From positions 1-53,453 of the IMG/VR virus record IMGVR_UViG_3300017548_000187: a stretch of DNA of 53,453 bases. One strand, written 5' to 3'. The stretch comes from a virus (lineage: Duplodnaviria; Caudoviricetes). Below the pieces are notes generated by a model, which worked only from the letters and a program-made list of their open reading frames with translations, was not told the origin of the DNA and searched no databases. The translations under genes and the position numbers were made by a program. Below are positions 33,444 through 42,568 of this stretch, piece after piece (within the stretch, counting starts at the first letter, position 1; the number at the start of each line of letters is the position of its first letter).

Positions 33444-33912
33444 GGACGGCTCCGGGCTGGCCAACGCCGACAGCTATGTGTCGGTGGCCGACTGTCAGGC
33501 CTACGCCACGGCCCACGGCCTGACGTTCGACGGCGATGCTGCGGCGCTCGACGCCGCGCTGCGCAACGCCACGATCTACCTGGACACGGCATACACCTTC
33601 CGCGGCGAGCGCAAGACGTGTGAGCAGGCTCTGGAATGGCCGCGGCGCTGCGTGCCGGCCGAAGGCGTGCCGCGCGAGGTGGTGTCGGCCTGCTGCGAGC
33701 TGGGTGTGCGCGCGCTGGCCGGGCCACTCTGGCAGGATGTGGACGCCACGGCCGAGGGGGCGGTCACCGAGGAAACCATCGGGCCGATCACGACCCGGTA
33801 CGCCGCCGCGCGTGGCGCGCGGGCGGACGGCCAGACCCAATACGCCGGCGTGACGGCGCTGCTGCGGCGCTGGACCGGCCCGAGCTCGATGGTCAGGCTG
33901 GTGAGGGCGTGA
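33427..33912 (+). CDS. Head-tail adaptor (DnaT-like ssDNA-binding family)
   Basis: MPLIVEDGSGLANADSYVSV and QALEWPR. Confidence 0.85.
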   Translation: MPLIVEDGSGLANADSYVSVADCQAYATAHGLTFDGDAAALDAALRNATIYLDTAYTFRGERKTCEQALEWPRRCVPAEGVPREVVSACCELGVRALAGPLWQDVDATAEGAVTEETIGPITTRYAAARGARADGQTQYAGVTALLRRWTGPSSMVRLVRA

Positions 33913-33913
33913 C

Positions 33914-34081
33914 GTGGAAATCGGCGACGGCTTTTATCTGCCCGAGGACGGTATCGACGGCGTCGTGGTTGATCTGCTCTACGACGACTGCATGAAGCCC
34001 GTAAGCGCTGTCGTCGAGCTAGCCGATGGCGGCTATGCCGCAGTCGATCTGACGCGCGTCGAGCCGGTGACGGTGCACTGA
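33914..34081 (+). CDS. Small acidic hypothetical protein (55 aa)
   Basis: Read manually: GTG 33914 to TGA 34081, filling the gap between head-completion genes. Confidence 0.5.
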   Translation: MEIGDGFYLPEDGIDGVVVDLLYDDCMKPVSAVVELADGGYAAVDLTRVEPVTVH

Positions 34082-34458
34082 TGGTCAAGTTCAACTATGG
34101 CCGGCCGGCAGCCACGGCATTGCGCATGCTCAAGCGCTATGGCGGCCCGGTGACGCTGCGCCGGCCCGGCACAGGCGAATATGACCCCAGCACGGGCACC
34201 GTCGACAGCGCGCCGACCGACTACCCGGGCACGGGCGCCAAGTTCGACTACGAGCAGCGCAACATCGACGGCACCAAGATCCTGCAGGGCGACCAGCAGG
34301 TGTACCTGGCGGTGCAGCAGGACAACGGTCAGGCCATGCCGCGGCCGAAGGCGGGCGACCTGATCCTGATCGGCACCGAGGCCTGGCGCGTCGTCACCGC
34401 CGAGGCCATCGAGCCCGCCAGCGTACCGGTGCTGTACATCGTCCAGGTGCGTAAGTGA
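34081..34458 (+). CDS. Head closure protein
   Basis: YDPSTG and IDGTKILQGD; position in the module. Confidence 0.75.
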   Translation: MVKFNYGRPAATALRMLKRYGGPVTLRRPGTGEYDPSTGTVDSAPTDYPGTGAKFDYEQRNIDGTKILQGDQQVYLAVQQDNGQAMPRPKAGDLILIGTEAWRVVTAEAIEPASVPVLYIVQVRK

Positions 34459-34856
34459 CGTTCTCGGCCGATATCGCCAAGTTCGTGGTGCAGGCCAAGG
34501 GCAACATCGACGAAGCAGCCCGCCGCGCCACGATCCTGCTGGCGCAGGGCGTGATTCTGAAATCGCCGGTGGACACTGGCCGGTTCCGCGGCAACTGGAT
34601 GTTCGCCGCCGGCGCCGTGCCGCGCCAGACGCTGACGACTACCGACCCATCAGGCCAGGCGACGCTGTCGCGCCTGATCGCGCAAATCGACACCACGGGC
34701 GCCGGCGGCATTACCTACCTGTCGAACAACCTTCCCTATGCCGTGCGCCTGGAAAACGGCTGGTCCAAGCAGGCGCCGCAGGGCATGGTCCGACTGACCG
34801 CCCAGGAATTCCAGGCCTATGTCAGCAAGGCCGCCAACGAGGTGCACAACAAATGA
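34455..34856 (+). CDS. HK97 gp10-like tail completion protein
   Basis: SPVDTGRFRGNW and NNLPYAVRLENGWSKQAPQGMV. Confidence 0.88.
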   Translation: MTFSADIAKFVVQAKGNIDEAARRATILLAQGVILKSPVDTGRFRGNWMFAAGAVPRQTLTTTDPSGQATLSRLIAQIDTTGAGGITYLSNNLPYAVRLENGWSKQAPQGMVRLTAQEFQAYVSKAANEVHNK

Positions 34857-35275
34857 GCCAGCAAACGATCCGCGCGGCCTTCGAGAGCCGGCTCGCTACG
34901 TGGGCCGCCGCCCAGGTGCCGCCGCTGAAGGTCGCCTTCGAGAATGTGTCATTCGAGCCGCCTGAGGGCCAGGATTACCTGCGGGCGTTCGTGTTGCCTG
35001 CGGCGACGCGCAGCGGCGACATGGGCGGCACGCACCGCGAGTGGCGCGGCATTTTCCAGGTGACGGCGGTGACGCTCCCTGGCCGCGGGCCCGGGCGCGC
35101 CGCTCAGATTCTGGCCGCCATGGATGCGCTGTTCCCCGTCAACCTGGCCATGGTGCGTGACGGCCTGCTGGTGCGCGTGCAGGACCCGGCCAGCGCCGAG
35201 ACGCCCGACGACACCGACATTGCCTACGAGTTGCCCATCAGCATCGCCTACCAGGCGCAGATCTACCTGCCCTGA
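34853..35275 (+). CDS. Tail terminator protein (DUF4128-like)
   Basis: AFENVSFEPP and GIFQV; position in the module. Confidence 0.8.
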   Translation: MSQQTIRAAFESRLATWAAAQVPPLKVAFENVSFEPPEGQDYLRAFVLPAATRSGDMGGTHREWRGIFQVTAVTLPGRGPGRAAQILAAMDALFPVNLAMVRDGLLVRVQDPASAETPDDTDIAYELPISIAYQAQIYLP

Positions 35276-35298
35276 TTCATTTCACCGATTCACCACTT

Positions 35299-35323
35299 GC
35301 CCGGCCTTGAGCTGGGCTTTTTT
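35299..35323 (+). terminator. Intrinsic terminator
   Basis: GCCCGGC-loop-GCTGGGC followed by T6. Confidence 0.6.
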
Positions 35324-35337
35324 CGTTAGGAGCCGCC

Positions 35338-35994
35338 ATGAGCGCGATTTTCCCGAACGGCACCATCTTCTCGGTGTCCACCGCCCTCGGCGCCGCCATC
35401 GCGGTGTCGGCCATTTCCAATGCCAACCCGGGTGTTGCCACGGCCGCCGCGCCGCCGGCTGACGGTGCCATCGGCGTCATCACGTCGGGCTGGGCCGCCC
35501 TGACCGAGCGCGTCGTGCGCGTCGCCAATGCCGATTCCGGCTCGTTCGAATTGGAGGGCATCGACACCACCAATCTAACGCGGTACCCCGCCGGGCAGGG
35601 GGCTGGATCGTTCGCCGTCGCCACCGGGTTTGTCGACCTGTCGCAGGTCACCAATTCCGAGAAGTCGGGCGGCGAGCAGCAGTTCTACCAGTGGCAGTAT
35701 CTGGAGGATCGTGGCGGGCGCCAGCGCCAGCGGCCGACCTTCAAGAATGCCAAAGTGCTGACCGTCACCCTCGACTACGACCCGGCGCTAGCCTGGTACA
35801 ACGCGCTGGTCGAGGCCGACGCGCTACGCGAGCCAGTTGTGCTGCGCGCCACGCTGCCCAACGGCGTGCAGCTCTACTACTACGTCTACCCGTCCTTCGA
35901 CGGCGACCCTTCGCTGGTGATGAACACGAACATGCAGAACGTGGCGACGTTTTCCATGATCTCGGACTTCACCCGTTACGAGGCTGCGGCTTAA
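35338..35994 (+). CDS. Major tail tube protein
   Basis: PNG..ISNANP, SGGEQQF, LPNG; AGGAG RBS. Confidence 0.88.
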   Translation: MSAIFPNGTIFSVSTALGAAIAVSAISNANPGVATAAAPPADGAIGVITSGWAALTERVVRVANADSGSFELEGIDTTNLTRYPAGQGAGSFAVATGFVDLSQVTNSEKSGGEQQFYQWQYLEDRGGRQRQRPTFKNAKVLTVTLDYDPALAWYNALVEADALREPVVLRATLPNGVQLYYYVYPSFDGDPSLVMNTNMQNVATFSMISDFTRYEAAA

Positions 35995-36003
35995 GGGGCA
36001 GAC

Positions 36004-36336
36004 ATGGCTGGGAAGGTCATTTTCAAGCTGCAGCCTCCGGCCACTTTCACCGAGGAAGTGGCCATCCCGGTGCCTGGCGGCGAACCTGTCAAGATCGATA
36101 TTGTCTTTCGCCGCATGACGCGGGACGAGCGTGTCGACTTCATGAAGCGCGCAGCGGACGCAACCCCGGAAAACGAAATCGACCTCTTCATGGAGATGGT
36201 GGCCGGTTGGGGGCGCGTTGATGCCGAGTTCTCCCGCGAGGCGGTTGGCCTGCTCATGCAGAACTACGAGGGCGCAGTGCCGGCCATCTTGGCGGAATTC
36301 AACATGGCGCACATCCGGGGTCGCCGAAAAAACTGA
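36004..36336 (+). CDS. Tail assembly chaperone (gpG-like)
   Basis: Between tube and tape measure; ends RKN at a slippery site. Confidence 0.85.
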   Translation: MAGKVIFKLQPPATFTEEVAIPVPGGEPVKIDIVFRRMTRDERVDFMKRAADATPENEIDLFMEMVAGWGRVDAEFSREAVGLLMQNYEGAVPAILAEFNMAHIRGRRKN

Positions 36337-36644
36337 TTGCCGCGGCCCAGGCGCTCTACAAGGCGCCGCCTGACCACGCTGCCCTGGCCGAATTCGGCCT
36401 GAAGCCGGAAGACCTTCCGGACGAAGAGATCGAGCTGTGGCCGGAAAACGTGCGCGTGAAGGACGCCTTCATGCTCATGGAGACGCAGTGGCGAACTGGC
36501 TTCTCCGGGCCGACCGGACTGGACTACGGCGCGTTGCCGATGGTCTTCCGGTCGCTGGCCATTTCCGACGACGACCAGGTCGACGTGTTTGACGGCCTGC
36601 GCGTCATGGAAGCCGCGGCACTCAGTGAAATGCGAAAGCAGTAG
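36327..36644 (+). CDS. -1 frameshift extension of the tail chaperone (gpGT; DUF1799-like)
   Basis: A-AAA-AAC at 36327-33; the -1 frame is open to 36644 (WPEN...TQWR..GLDY). Confidence 0.82.
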   Translation, partial: KKLIAAAQALYKAPPDHAALAEFGLKPEDLPDEEIELWPENVRVKDAFMLMETQWRTGFSGPTGLDYGALPMVFRSLAISDDDQVDVFDGLRVMEAAALSEMRKQ

Positions 36645-36676
36645 CCCGCCTCACGGGCCTTTTTTTATGGTGAAAC

Positions 36677-39283
36677 ATGCCCGATCAGGTTGCCTCCCTT
36701 GTCCTGAAGGTGGACAGCACCCAGGCCAAGGGTGCCGACGCCGATCTGGACAGCCTCGCGCAGGCCAGCCAGAAAGCTGAAGCCGCCGTCGGCAGTCTTG
36801 GAGCAAGCAGCAAGACCGCCGGGGCGGGCGTGGGGTCTCTGCGCCAGGCGGCGCGCGCTGCGCAAGCGCAAACCGAGTCCATAGGCATGTCGGCCAAGCA
36901 AACCGCCAATGCCTTGCGGATGCTGCCGGCTCAGATGACCGATATTGCGGTCGGACTGACCACTGGTCAGTCGCCTTTCATGGTCATGATGCAGCAGGGC
37001 GGCCAGCTCAAGGACATCTTCGGCGGCATCGGACCGGCGGCGCGTGCGGTTGGCGGCTACATCATGGGCCTGGTCAACCCGTTCACGCTCGCGGCCGCCG
37101 GCGCCGGGGCCCTGGCGTTCGCCTACTACCGCGGATCGGAGGAAGCGGACCGGTATAACGAGGCGATTCTGCTGACCGGCAACTACGCCGGCACCACCAC
37201 GGGCCAACTCAGCGCGATGGCTGGGCGGATCGGCGATACCGTCGGTACCACCGGCAAGGCTGCTGATGCCCTGACAAAGCTGGTTGAGACCGGCAAGATC
37301 ACTGGCGACGTGATCGAGCAGTTGGGCATGGCCGCCATCCAGATGGAAGCCGCCACGGGCAAGGCTGTCGGCGAGACCGTCAAGGAATACGAGCGGATCG
37401 CCGACGCGCCTGCCGAGGCGATTGCCAAGCTCAACGAGCGTTACCACTTCCTGACGGCGGCAGTCTACGAGCAAGTCAGCGCGCTGCAGCGGGAAGGCCG
37501 GGAGCTGGACGCCGCGCGTCTTGCCATGACTACCTATGCAGAGGCGCTGCAACGGCGCTCGCAGGAGGTGGTGCAGAACGTTGGCTACATTGAGCGCGCT
37601 TGGCGAGGCTTGGGCGCCGTCGTCAAGAGTGTGTGGGACGAAATGGCCGGCATTGGCCGGCCTCAAACCCTCGAGGATCAGCTCACCAGCGCGCAGGCGC
37701 GCCTGGTTCAGCTGCAGGACGACGGCTACCGGCGCGGCGCAGCCCGCCGCGTCAAACAAGTCGAAGAGGCGCGCGCTGTCGTTGATGATTTGCAGGAACG
37801 GATTCGCCTGCAGAACAAGCTCGCGGCTGACGAGCGCCAGCAAGCGCAGGTGCAGCAGGCCGCCATTCGTGCGCAAGACGAGGTCGAGAAGCAACGCGAT
37901 CAGGCTGCCAGCAAGCAGGAAAAGCTGAACAAGGCACTGAGCGACTACCGCCAGAACATCGAGGCGATCCGCAAGGCGGACCCGAATAGCGCGTTCCTGG
38001 ACCCGAAGAAGATAGCAGCCGACGAGGCAGCGATTCGCAAGCAGTTCGCTGATCGCGGCGCTGGCGGCTCATCCATTGCCGCCGGCGTGCGCATGCTGGA
38101 GCAGGCGCGCCAGCGCCAGGCCGTGCTGGAGCAGCAACTGGCCACCAGCGAAAAGCTGACCACCGCCCAGCAGGACCTGGCCAAGTTCGAGCAGCAGGTC
38201 GCCGACATCAAGGGCAAGCAGACTCTGACGGCCGCTGAGAGGAGCGTCCTGGCCGAGGAAGCCGTGACGCGAGCGGTGCTGGAGCGCAACGTCGAGCTGC
38301 AGAAGGAAATCCAGCTGCGCCAGGAAATGGTGCAGCTGCAGGTCATGCAACGCGCGGCTGCCGACACGCTGAACACCGACCGCCAGCGGTACACGGACGA
38401 ATTGGCGTCGTTCGGCCTGGGCCCGCGCGCCCGCGAGCAGATCCAGGCCCAGCAGCGCCTGTACGAAGACTTCCGCCGACAGGCCCAGAACGCCGCGCGG
38501 GACCTGGCCCGGGGCCAGCTGTCGGACGCCGGCTACGAGAACCAGATGGAGGTGCTGCGCCAGAACCTCGCCGACCGCCTGGACCTGCAGCGGCAGTACT
38601 ACGCCGACCTGCGGACGCTGGAGGCCGACTGGCGCGCCGGCGCGGCCGGCGGGCTGGCCGACTACGCCGACATGGCCTCCAACGTGGCAGAAGGCATGCG
38701 CAGCGCCTTCTCCGACGCCTTCCGCGGCGCCGAGGATGTGCTGACCACGTTCGTCGCCACCGGCAAGCTGAGCTTTTCCGACCTGGCCAACAGCATCATC
38801 AGCGACCTGGCGCGCATTGCGATCCGGCAGAGCATCACCGGGCCGCTGGCCGCTGCGTTGGGCGGGATATTTGGCGGCATCAGCGCCGCGTCGGGCTTTT
38901 CGTCGGGCGGTGCGGCTATGGGCAGCACGGCCGGCATGACGGGCACCTGGGGTGGCATGCGCGCCAGCGGTGGACCGACTGCGCCCGGCCGGTTCTACGA
39001 AGTCAACGAAAAGGGTCCCGAACTCTACACGGAGGCCGGCCGCACGTTCCTGATGTCTGGCGCGCGCGGCGGCTATGTGACGCCGCTGGCACCGTCGAGC
39101 GCAGCGACAACTGCGGCCGCGCCCAAGGTCGAGGTCAACGTCATCAATCAGGGCGGCGAACAAATGACCGCCCAGGCCAGCGGGCCGCGCTTTGACGGCG
39201 AGCAGTGGGTGATCGACGTGGTGCTGAAGAAGGCCCGGAACAACCGGGCATTCCGCAATCAACTGAAAGAGGCGGTGGCGTAA
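36677..39283 (+). CDS. Tape measure protein
   Basis: [21 protein letters not shown]; helical Ala/Gln-rich; lambda-like C-terminus. Confidence 0.93.
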   Translation: MPDQVASLVLKVDSTQAKGADADLDSLAQASQKAEAAVGSLGASSKTAGAGVGSLRQAARAAQAQTESIGMSAKQTANALRMLPAQMTDIAVGLTTGQSPFMVMMQQGGQLKDIFGGIGPAARAVGGYIMGLVNPFTLAAAGAGALAFAYYRGSEEADRYNEAILLTGNYAGTTTGQLSAMAGRIGDTVGTTGKAADALTKLVETGKITGDVIEQLGMAAIQMEAATGKAVGETVKEYERIADAPAEAIAKLNERYHFLTAAVYEQVSALQREGRELDAARLAMTTYAEALQRRSQEVVQNVGYIERAWRGLGAVVKSVWDEMAGIGRPQTLEDQLTSAQARLVQLQDDGYRRGAARRVKQVEEARAVVDDLQERIRLQNKLAADERQQAQVQQAAIRAQDEVEKQRDQAASKQEKLNKALSDYRQNIEAIRKADPNSAFLDPKKIAADEAAIRKQFADRGAGGSSIAAGVRMLEQARQRQAVLEQQLATSEKLTTAQQDLAKFEQQVADIKGKQTLTAAERSVLAEEAVTRAVLERNVELQKEIQLRQEMVQLQVMQRAAADTLNTDRQRYTDELASFGLGPRAREQIQAQQRLYEDFRRQAQNAARDLARGQLSDAGYENQMEVLRQNLADRLDLQRQYYADLRTLEADWRAGAAGGLADYADMASNVAEGMRSAFSDAFRGAEDVLTTFVATGKLSFSDLANSIISDLARIAIRQSITGPLAAALGGIFGGISAASGFSSGGAAMGSTAGMTGTWGGMRASGGPTAPGRFYEVNEKGPELYTEAGRTFLMSGARGGYVTPLAPSSAATTAAAPKVEVNVINQGGEQMTAQASGPRFDGEQWVIDVVLKKARNNRAFRNQLKEAVA

Positions 39284-39630
39284 TGGCAGCATTCCCGACC
39301 TACGCCCGCCTGCTGCTGGAAGGCTATTCGGAGGCGCCCGATTACGGCGTGCTGCGCACCGATATGGATGACGGCCTGGCCAAGCAGCGTGCGCGCCGCT
39401 CCAAGCCCATCGTGACACGCAGTGCGGCCGTGATGGTGCAGTCGCTCGAGGACCGGCTGGAGTTCGACCAGTGGATAGATCAGGACCTGCACGGCGGCGC
39501 CGGCTGGTTCGACTTCCGCACTCTGGCCGGCACCGTGCGGCCGGCCCGCATCGTCGGCGGCCGCATCAGCTGGTCGAGCCCTGGCGGCGGCATTTGGCTC
39601 GGCCAGGTGCAGATCGAGACGGTGGGCTGA
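39283..39630 (+). CDS. Distal tail protein
   Basis: RTDMDDG..KQR and GAGWF; follows the tape measure gene. Confidence 0.75.
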   Translation: MAAFPTYARLLLEGYSEAPDYGVLRTDMDDGLAKQRARRSKPIVTRSAAVMVQSLEDRLEFDQWIDQDLHGGAGWFDFRTLAGTVRPARIVGGRISWSSPGGGIWLGQVQIETVG

Positions 39631-39631
39631 C

Positions 39632-40174
39632 ATGCCGCATGCCTATTCCAACGCGGCGCGCCGCAACCTGTTGGCGACCAGTGCCGACGAGCCGTACCTG
39701 ACGCTGCTGGAAATCCGGCACCCAGACCTGGCGGAACCAGTGCGCCTGGTCAACGACGTCGAGGACCTTACGGTCAACGACCCGGAGCTGGGCCCGCTGG
39801 TGTACGTGGCCTGCCCCTTTCGGCTGGTCAAGCCCGATGACGTCGATCAACAGGAGCCGAAGGCCAGCCTCGAGGTCGACAACATCGGCCGCGAGCTGAC
39901 GCAATGGCTGGAGGCCAGCAACGGCGGCAAGGGCGCCAGGTGCCGGCTCATGGAGTGCCTGCGGTCGTCGAACGAAGAATACGCCGAAGACTACTTCGCC
40001 GAGGACTACACGCTGGCCGCCAACGTCGACATTGAATTCGACATGGAGCTCGACCTGATGGGTCTGTATGTCGACAACCAGGTGGTGGGCGGCACGCTGG
40101 GCTTCGAGGACACCCTGAATCAAGCGGCCGTCACGGTGCGCTTTGACCCAACCACGGCGCCGGGCCTGTGGTGA
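39632..40174 (+). CDS. DUF1833 tail tip protein
   Basis: LLEIRHPDLAEPVRLV, ACPF, FDPTTAPGLW. Confidence 0.8.
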   Translation: MPHAYSNAARRNLLATSADEPYLTLLEIRHPDLAEPVRLVNDVEDLTVNDPELGPLVYVACPFRLVKPDDVDQQEPKASLEVDNIGRELTQWLEASNGGKGARCRLMECLRSSNEEYAEDYFAEDYTLAANVDIEFDMELDLMGLYVDNQVVGGTLGFEDTLNQAAVTVRFDPTTAPGLW

Positions 40175-40200
40175 ACCAGAACAACGAGCAGGACTGAAGA

Positions 40201-41745
40201 ATGGCTATCACATACCGGAGCGAGAAGGGCTCGCCACTGACAAACGCGGAAGTCGATGGCAACTTCCAAGATCTGGACACGCGTGCCACGGCCAACCAGC
40301 AAGCAGCCATCGCTGCGCAGCAGGACGCAGATAGCGCCGGCGAGGCGGCCGTCAACGTGGCGGCGGCTCTCGCCACGCACAAAGCCAGCGGCGACCACGA
40401 CGCGCGCTATCTGCGGCGCGACGTGCCCGACACCGCGCCGTTGCTGGGCGGCATCGCGCAGGTTGGCGTGGTCGGCCTGCCCGGCGACCTCGATGCGCTG
40501 CGCACGGCGATCCGCCAGGCGCTGTATGGCAGCGGGCCGTACCCATCGCTGGACGAGCGCTTTGTGGGCGCCGAGCGTCTGAGCCCGCGCTGGTCGTTCC
40601 TGCGTACCACAACGGCGACCCTTCGCGGCGCCGACCGCCTGCTGCACGTGGCGGCTGTGGACGAACCGCGATTCGATCATGACTCGGTAACCGGTGCCGC
40701 CCTGGGGCTGCGCCTGGAGCCGGGCGCCACCAACTTCGTCACATTCTCCGACGATTTCACGAATGGCGCGTGGACGTCATTGAACCAGGTCGCGGGCGCG
40801 CGCGGGGCTGACGGATGGTCCAGGTTGGGCGAAGACACGGCCACCGGCCAGCGGCGCCTGTATCGCAATGTGGCGGTGACGGCGGGCCGCGACTTTGTCA
40901 TGTCGTTGTCGATCAAGTCCGATGTCGGCCGCGAGGCCATCGTGCTGTACCCGAACGTGGGCGGCAACGGCTGCCTGGTGCGCTTTGACCTCGCCAACCA
41001 GGTCGCCGAGGTCGTGCCGGTGGGCACCGCCACGGGGTCTGCGTGGCTGGACCGGGACGAGGGCGGCTTTCGGCTGTCGGTGCAGGTGACGTTCGCCGAC
41101 ATCGTGTCGGCCCTGCAGTTTGGCATGTATTTCGGGCCCACCGGCGGCCAGGGCAACGCCACCTACACCGGCGATGGCGTGTCTGGGATCTATGTCCGGC
41201 GCGCCCAGGTTGTCGCGGGTACTGCCCGCAGTTCGTACATCCCGACTGAAAGCACGGCGGTGAGCCGTGCCGACGACCTGGCCGTCATCGAAGGCGCTGA
41301 ATTCAGCGACTGGTTCAATCCGGCCGAAGGCACGTTTCTCATCGAGGCGGCCAACCTGGGCGACGGCATATCGGATTCGACGATCCTGGTGATCGATGAC
41401 GGCGGTACGGGGCAAGCCAACCAGATCAGCATTCGCACGTCGTCAGCCGGCCAGACTTGGCGCCTCACGCCGCGGGCCGACGGCGCCAACATCTTCAACG
41501 CCGAGCTGGGAACAGTGCCGACTGGCACGGTCTGCCGGGTGGCCTTTTCCTACGGCCCCAGTGGTTGGCTGGTGTCGTTCAATGGCGCCGCCGCCATCGT
41601 TGTCGCTGGGGCCGTGCCTGACGGGCTCTCTCGTCTCAGGTTGGGCGTGCGGGGCAGCGGGTCTGTCTCTCACATGCTGGCGCGCCGGGCCGCCTACTGG
41701 CCGATCTCGCGGGCGGCCGCTGAACTTCAGGAGCTGACATCGTGA
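40201..41745 (+). CDS. Accessory fibre/spike with lectin (LamG-like) domains
   Basis: N-terminal KGSPLTNAEVDGNF, GLRLEPGATN, SSYIPT..RADD, C-terminal beta-sandwich. Confidence 0.72.
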   Translation: MAITYRSEKGSPLTNAEVDGNFQDLDTRATANQQAAIAAQQDADSAGEAAVNVAAALATHKASGDHDARYLRRDVPDTAPLLGGIAQVGVVGLPGDLDALRTAIRQALYGSGPYPSLDERFVGAERLSPRWSFLRTTTATLRGADRLLHVAAVDEPRFDHDSVTGAALGLRLEPGATNFVTFSDDFTNGAWTSLNQVAGARGADGWSRLGEDTATGQRRLYRNVAVTAGRDFVMSLSIKSDVGREAIVLYPNVGGNGCLVRFDLANQVAEVVPVGTATGSAWLDRDEGGFRLSVQVTFADIVSALQFGMYFGPTGGQGNATYTGDGVSGIYVRRAQVVAGTARSSYIPTESTAVSRADDLAVIEGAEFSDWFNPAEGTFLIEAANLGDGISDSTILVIDDGGTGQANQISIRTSSAGQTWRLTPRADGANIFNAELGTVPTGTVCRVAFSYGPSGWLVSFNGAAAIVVAGAVPDGLSRLRLGVRGSGSVSHMLARRAAYWPISRAAAELQELTS

Positions 41746-42134
41746 AGCGAGCAATCCTCCGGCTTCCGGCCGGAACACGGTTCGACACTCTGACCGCAGA
41801 GCAGCAGGCGGCGATTTCCAGCGTTTTCGCGCAGTTCGTGCTGCCCATGCCGGGCACCACGGTGGCGGACGGCTACGAACTCGTCGATGGCCTGGCCGGC
41901 GACAACTTCGACCCTGCCGTCATGCCGGGCCTCGACATGGATTGGCCGGTCGTTGGCCTGTGGCAGTGGAATGGCGCGGCTGGCCTGGCGGCGCTCCAGC
42001 CGCTGGACGAGGCGGTGCTGCTTGCCCATTTGGCCCCGGTCGTGGAACTGGACGCCGATGGCAACGTGGTGGGCAGCGAGCCCGCCGTCTTGCGCATGCC
42101 GCACGCCTGGTGCGGCTGGCCGCCGGTGCTGTAA
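41742..42134 (+). CDS. Probable fibre chaperone/partner
   Basis: GTGA-coupled to the fibre gene. Confidence 0.55.
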   Translation: MKRAILRLPAGTRFDTLTAEQQAAISSVFAQFVLPMPGTTVADGYELVDGLAGDNFDPAVMPGLDMDWPVVGLWQWNGAAGLAALQPLDEAVLLAHLAPVVELDADGNVVGSEPAVLRMPHAWCGWPPVL

Positions 42135-42150
42135 CAACGCTCAACGCAGG

Positions 42151-42175
42151 AGCCGCCTTAGGGCGGCTTTTTTTT
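42151..42175 (+). terminator. Intrinsic terminator after the fibre cassette
   Basis: AGCCGCC-ttag-GGCGGCT followed by a T-run. Confidence 0.75.
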
Positions 42176-42568
42176 ATGCCTCATTGGTCCGACGCCTACA
42201 TAGGGCAGCCGTACATCCACGACACGGGCGACTGCGCCGTCCTGGCCGAGCGGGTGGCGCGCGAGCAGTTCGGTCTGCAGATCGGCCTGCCGGTGGTGCA
42301 CGCCGAGGGCTACCGCGCGCAGGCCGCCCAGATCCGTGAATTGAAAGATGACTACGCGGAGCGTATCGACGGGCCGGTCGACGGTTGCCCGGTGCTGCTG
42401 ATTGGCCGCGGCCAGGACTGCCACATCGGCGTCATGTGCTGGCTTGCCCACGAATGGTGGGTGCTGCACGCCAACCAGGATTTCGGCGCGGTGACGCGCG
42501 AGCGCTTGCGTGTGCTGACGCGCCTCCATTTCAAGGTTGAAGGCTACTACCGATGGAAAACGCAGTAA
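42176..42568 (+). CDS. NlpC/P60 tail-assembly protein (gpK-like)
   Basis: YIGQPY, DC, HIGV, VLHA. Confidence 0.82.
   Translation: MPHWSDAYIGQPYIHDTGDCAVLAERVAREQFGLQIGLPVVHAEGYRAQAAQIRELKDDYAERIDGPVDGCPVLLIGRGQDCHIGVMCWLAHEWWVLHANQDFGAVTRERLRVLTRLHFKVEGYYRWKTQ

Noticed and set aside
36327-36336. Frameshifted pseudogene in the tail chaperone
   Set aside because: Canonical programmed -1 slippery site, not decay and not novel.
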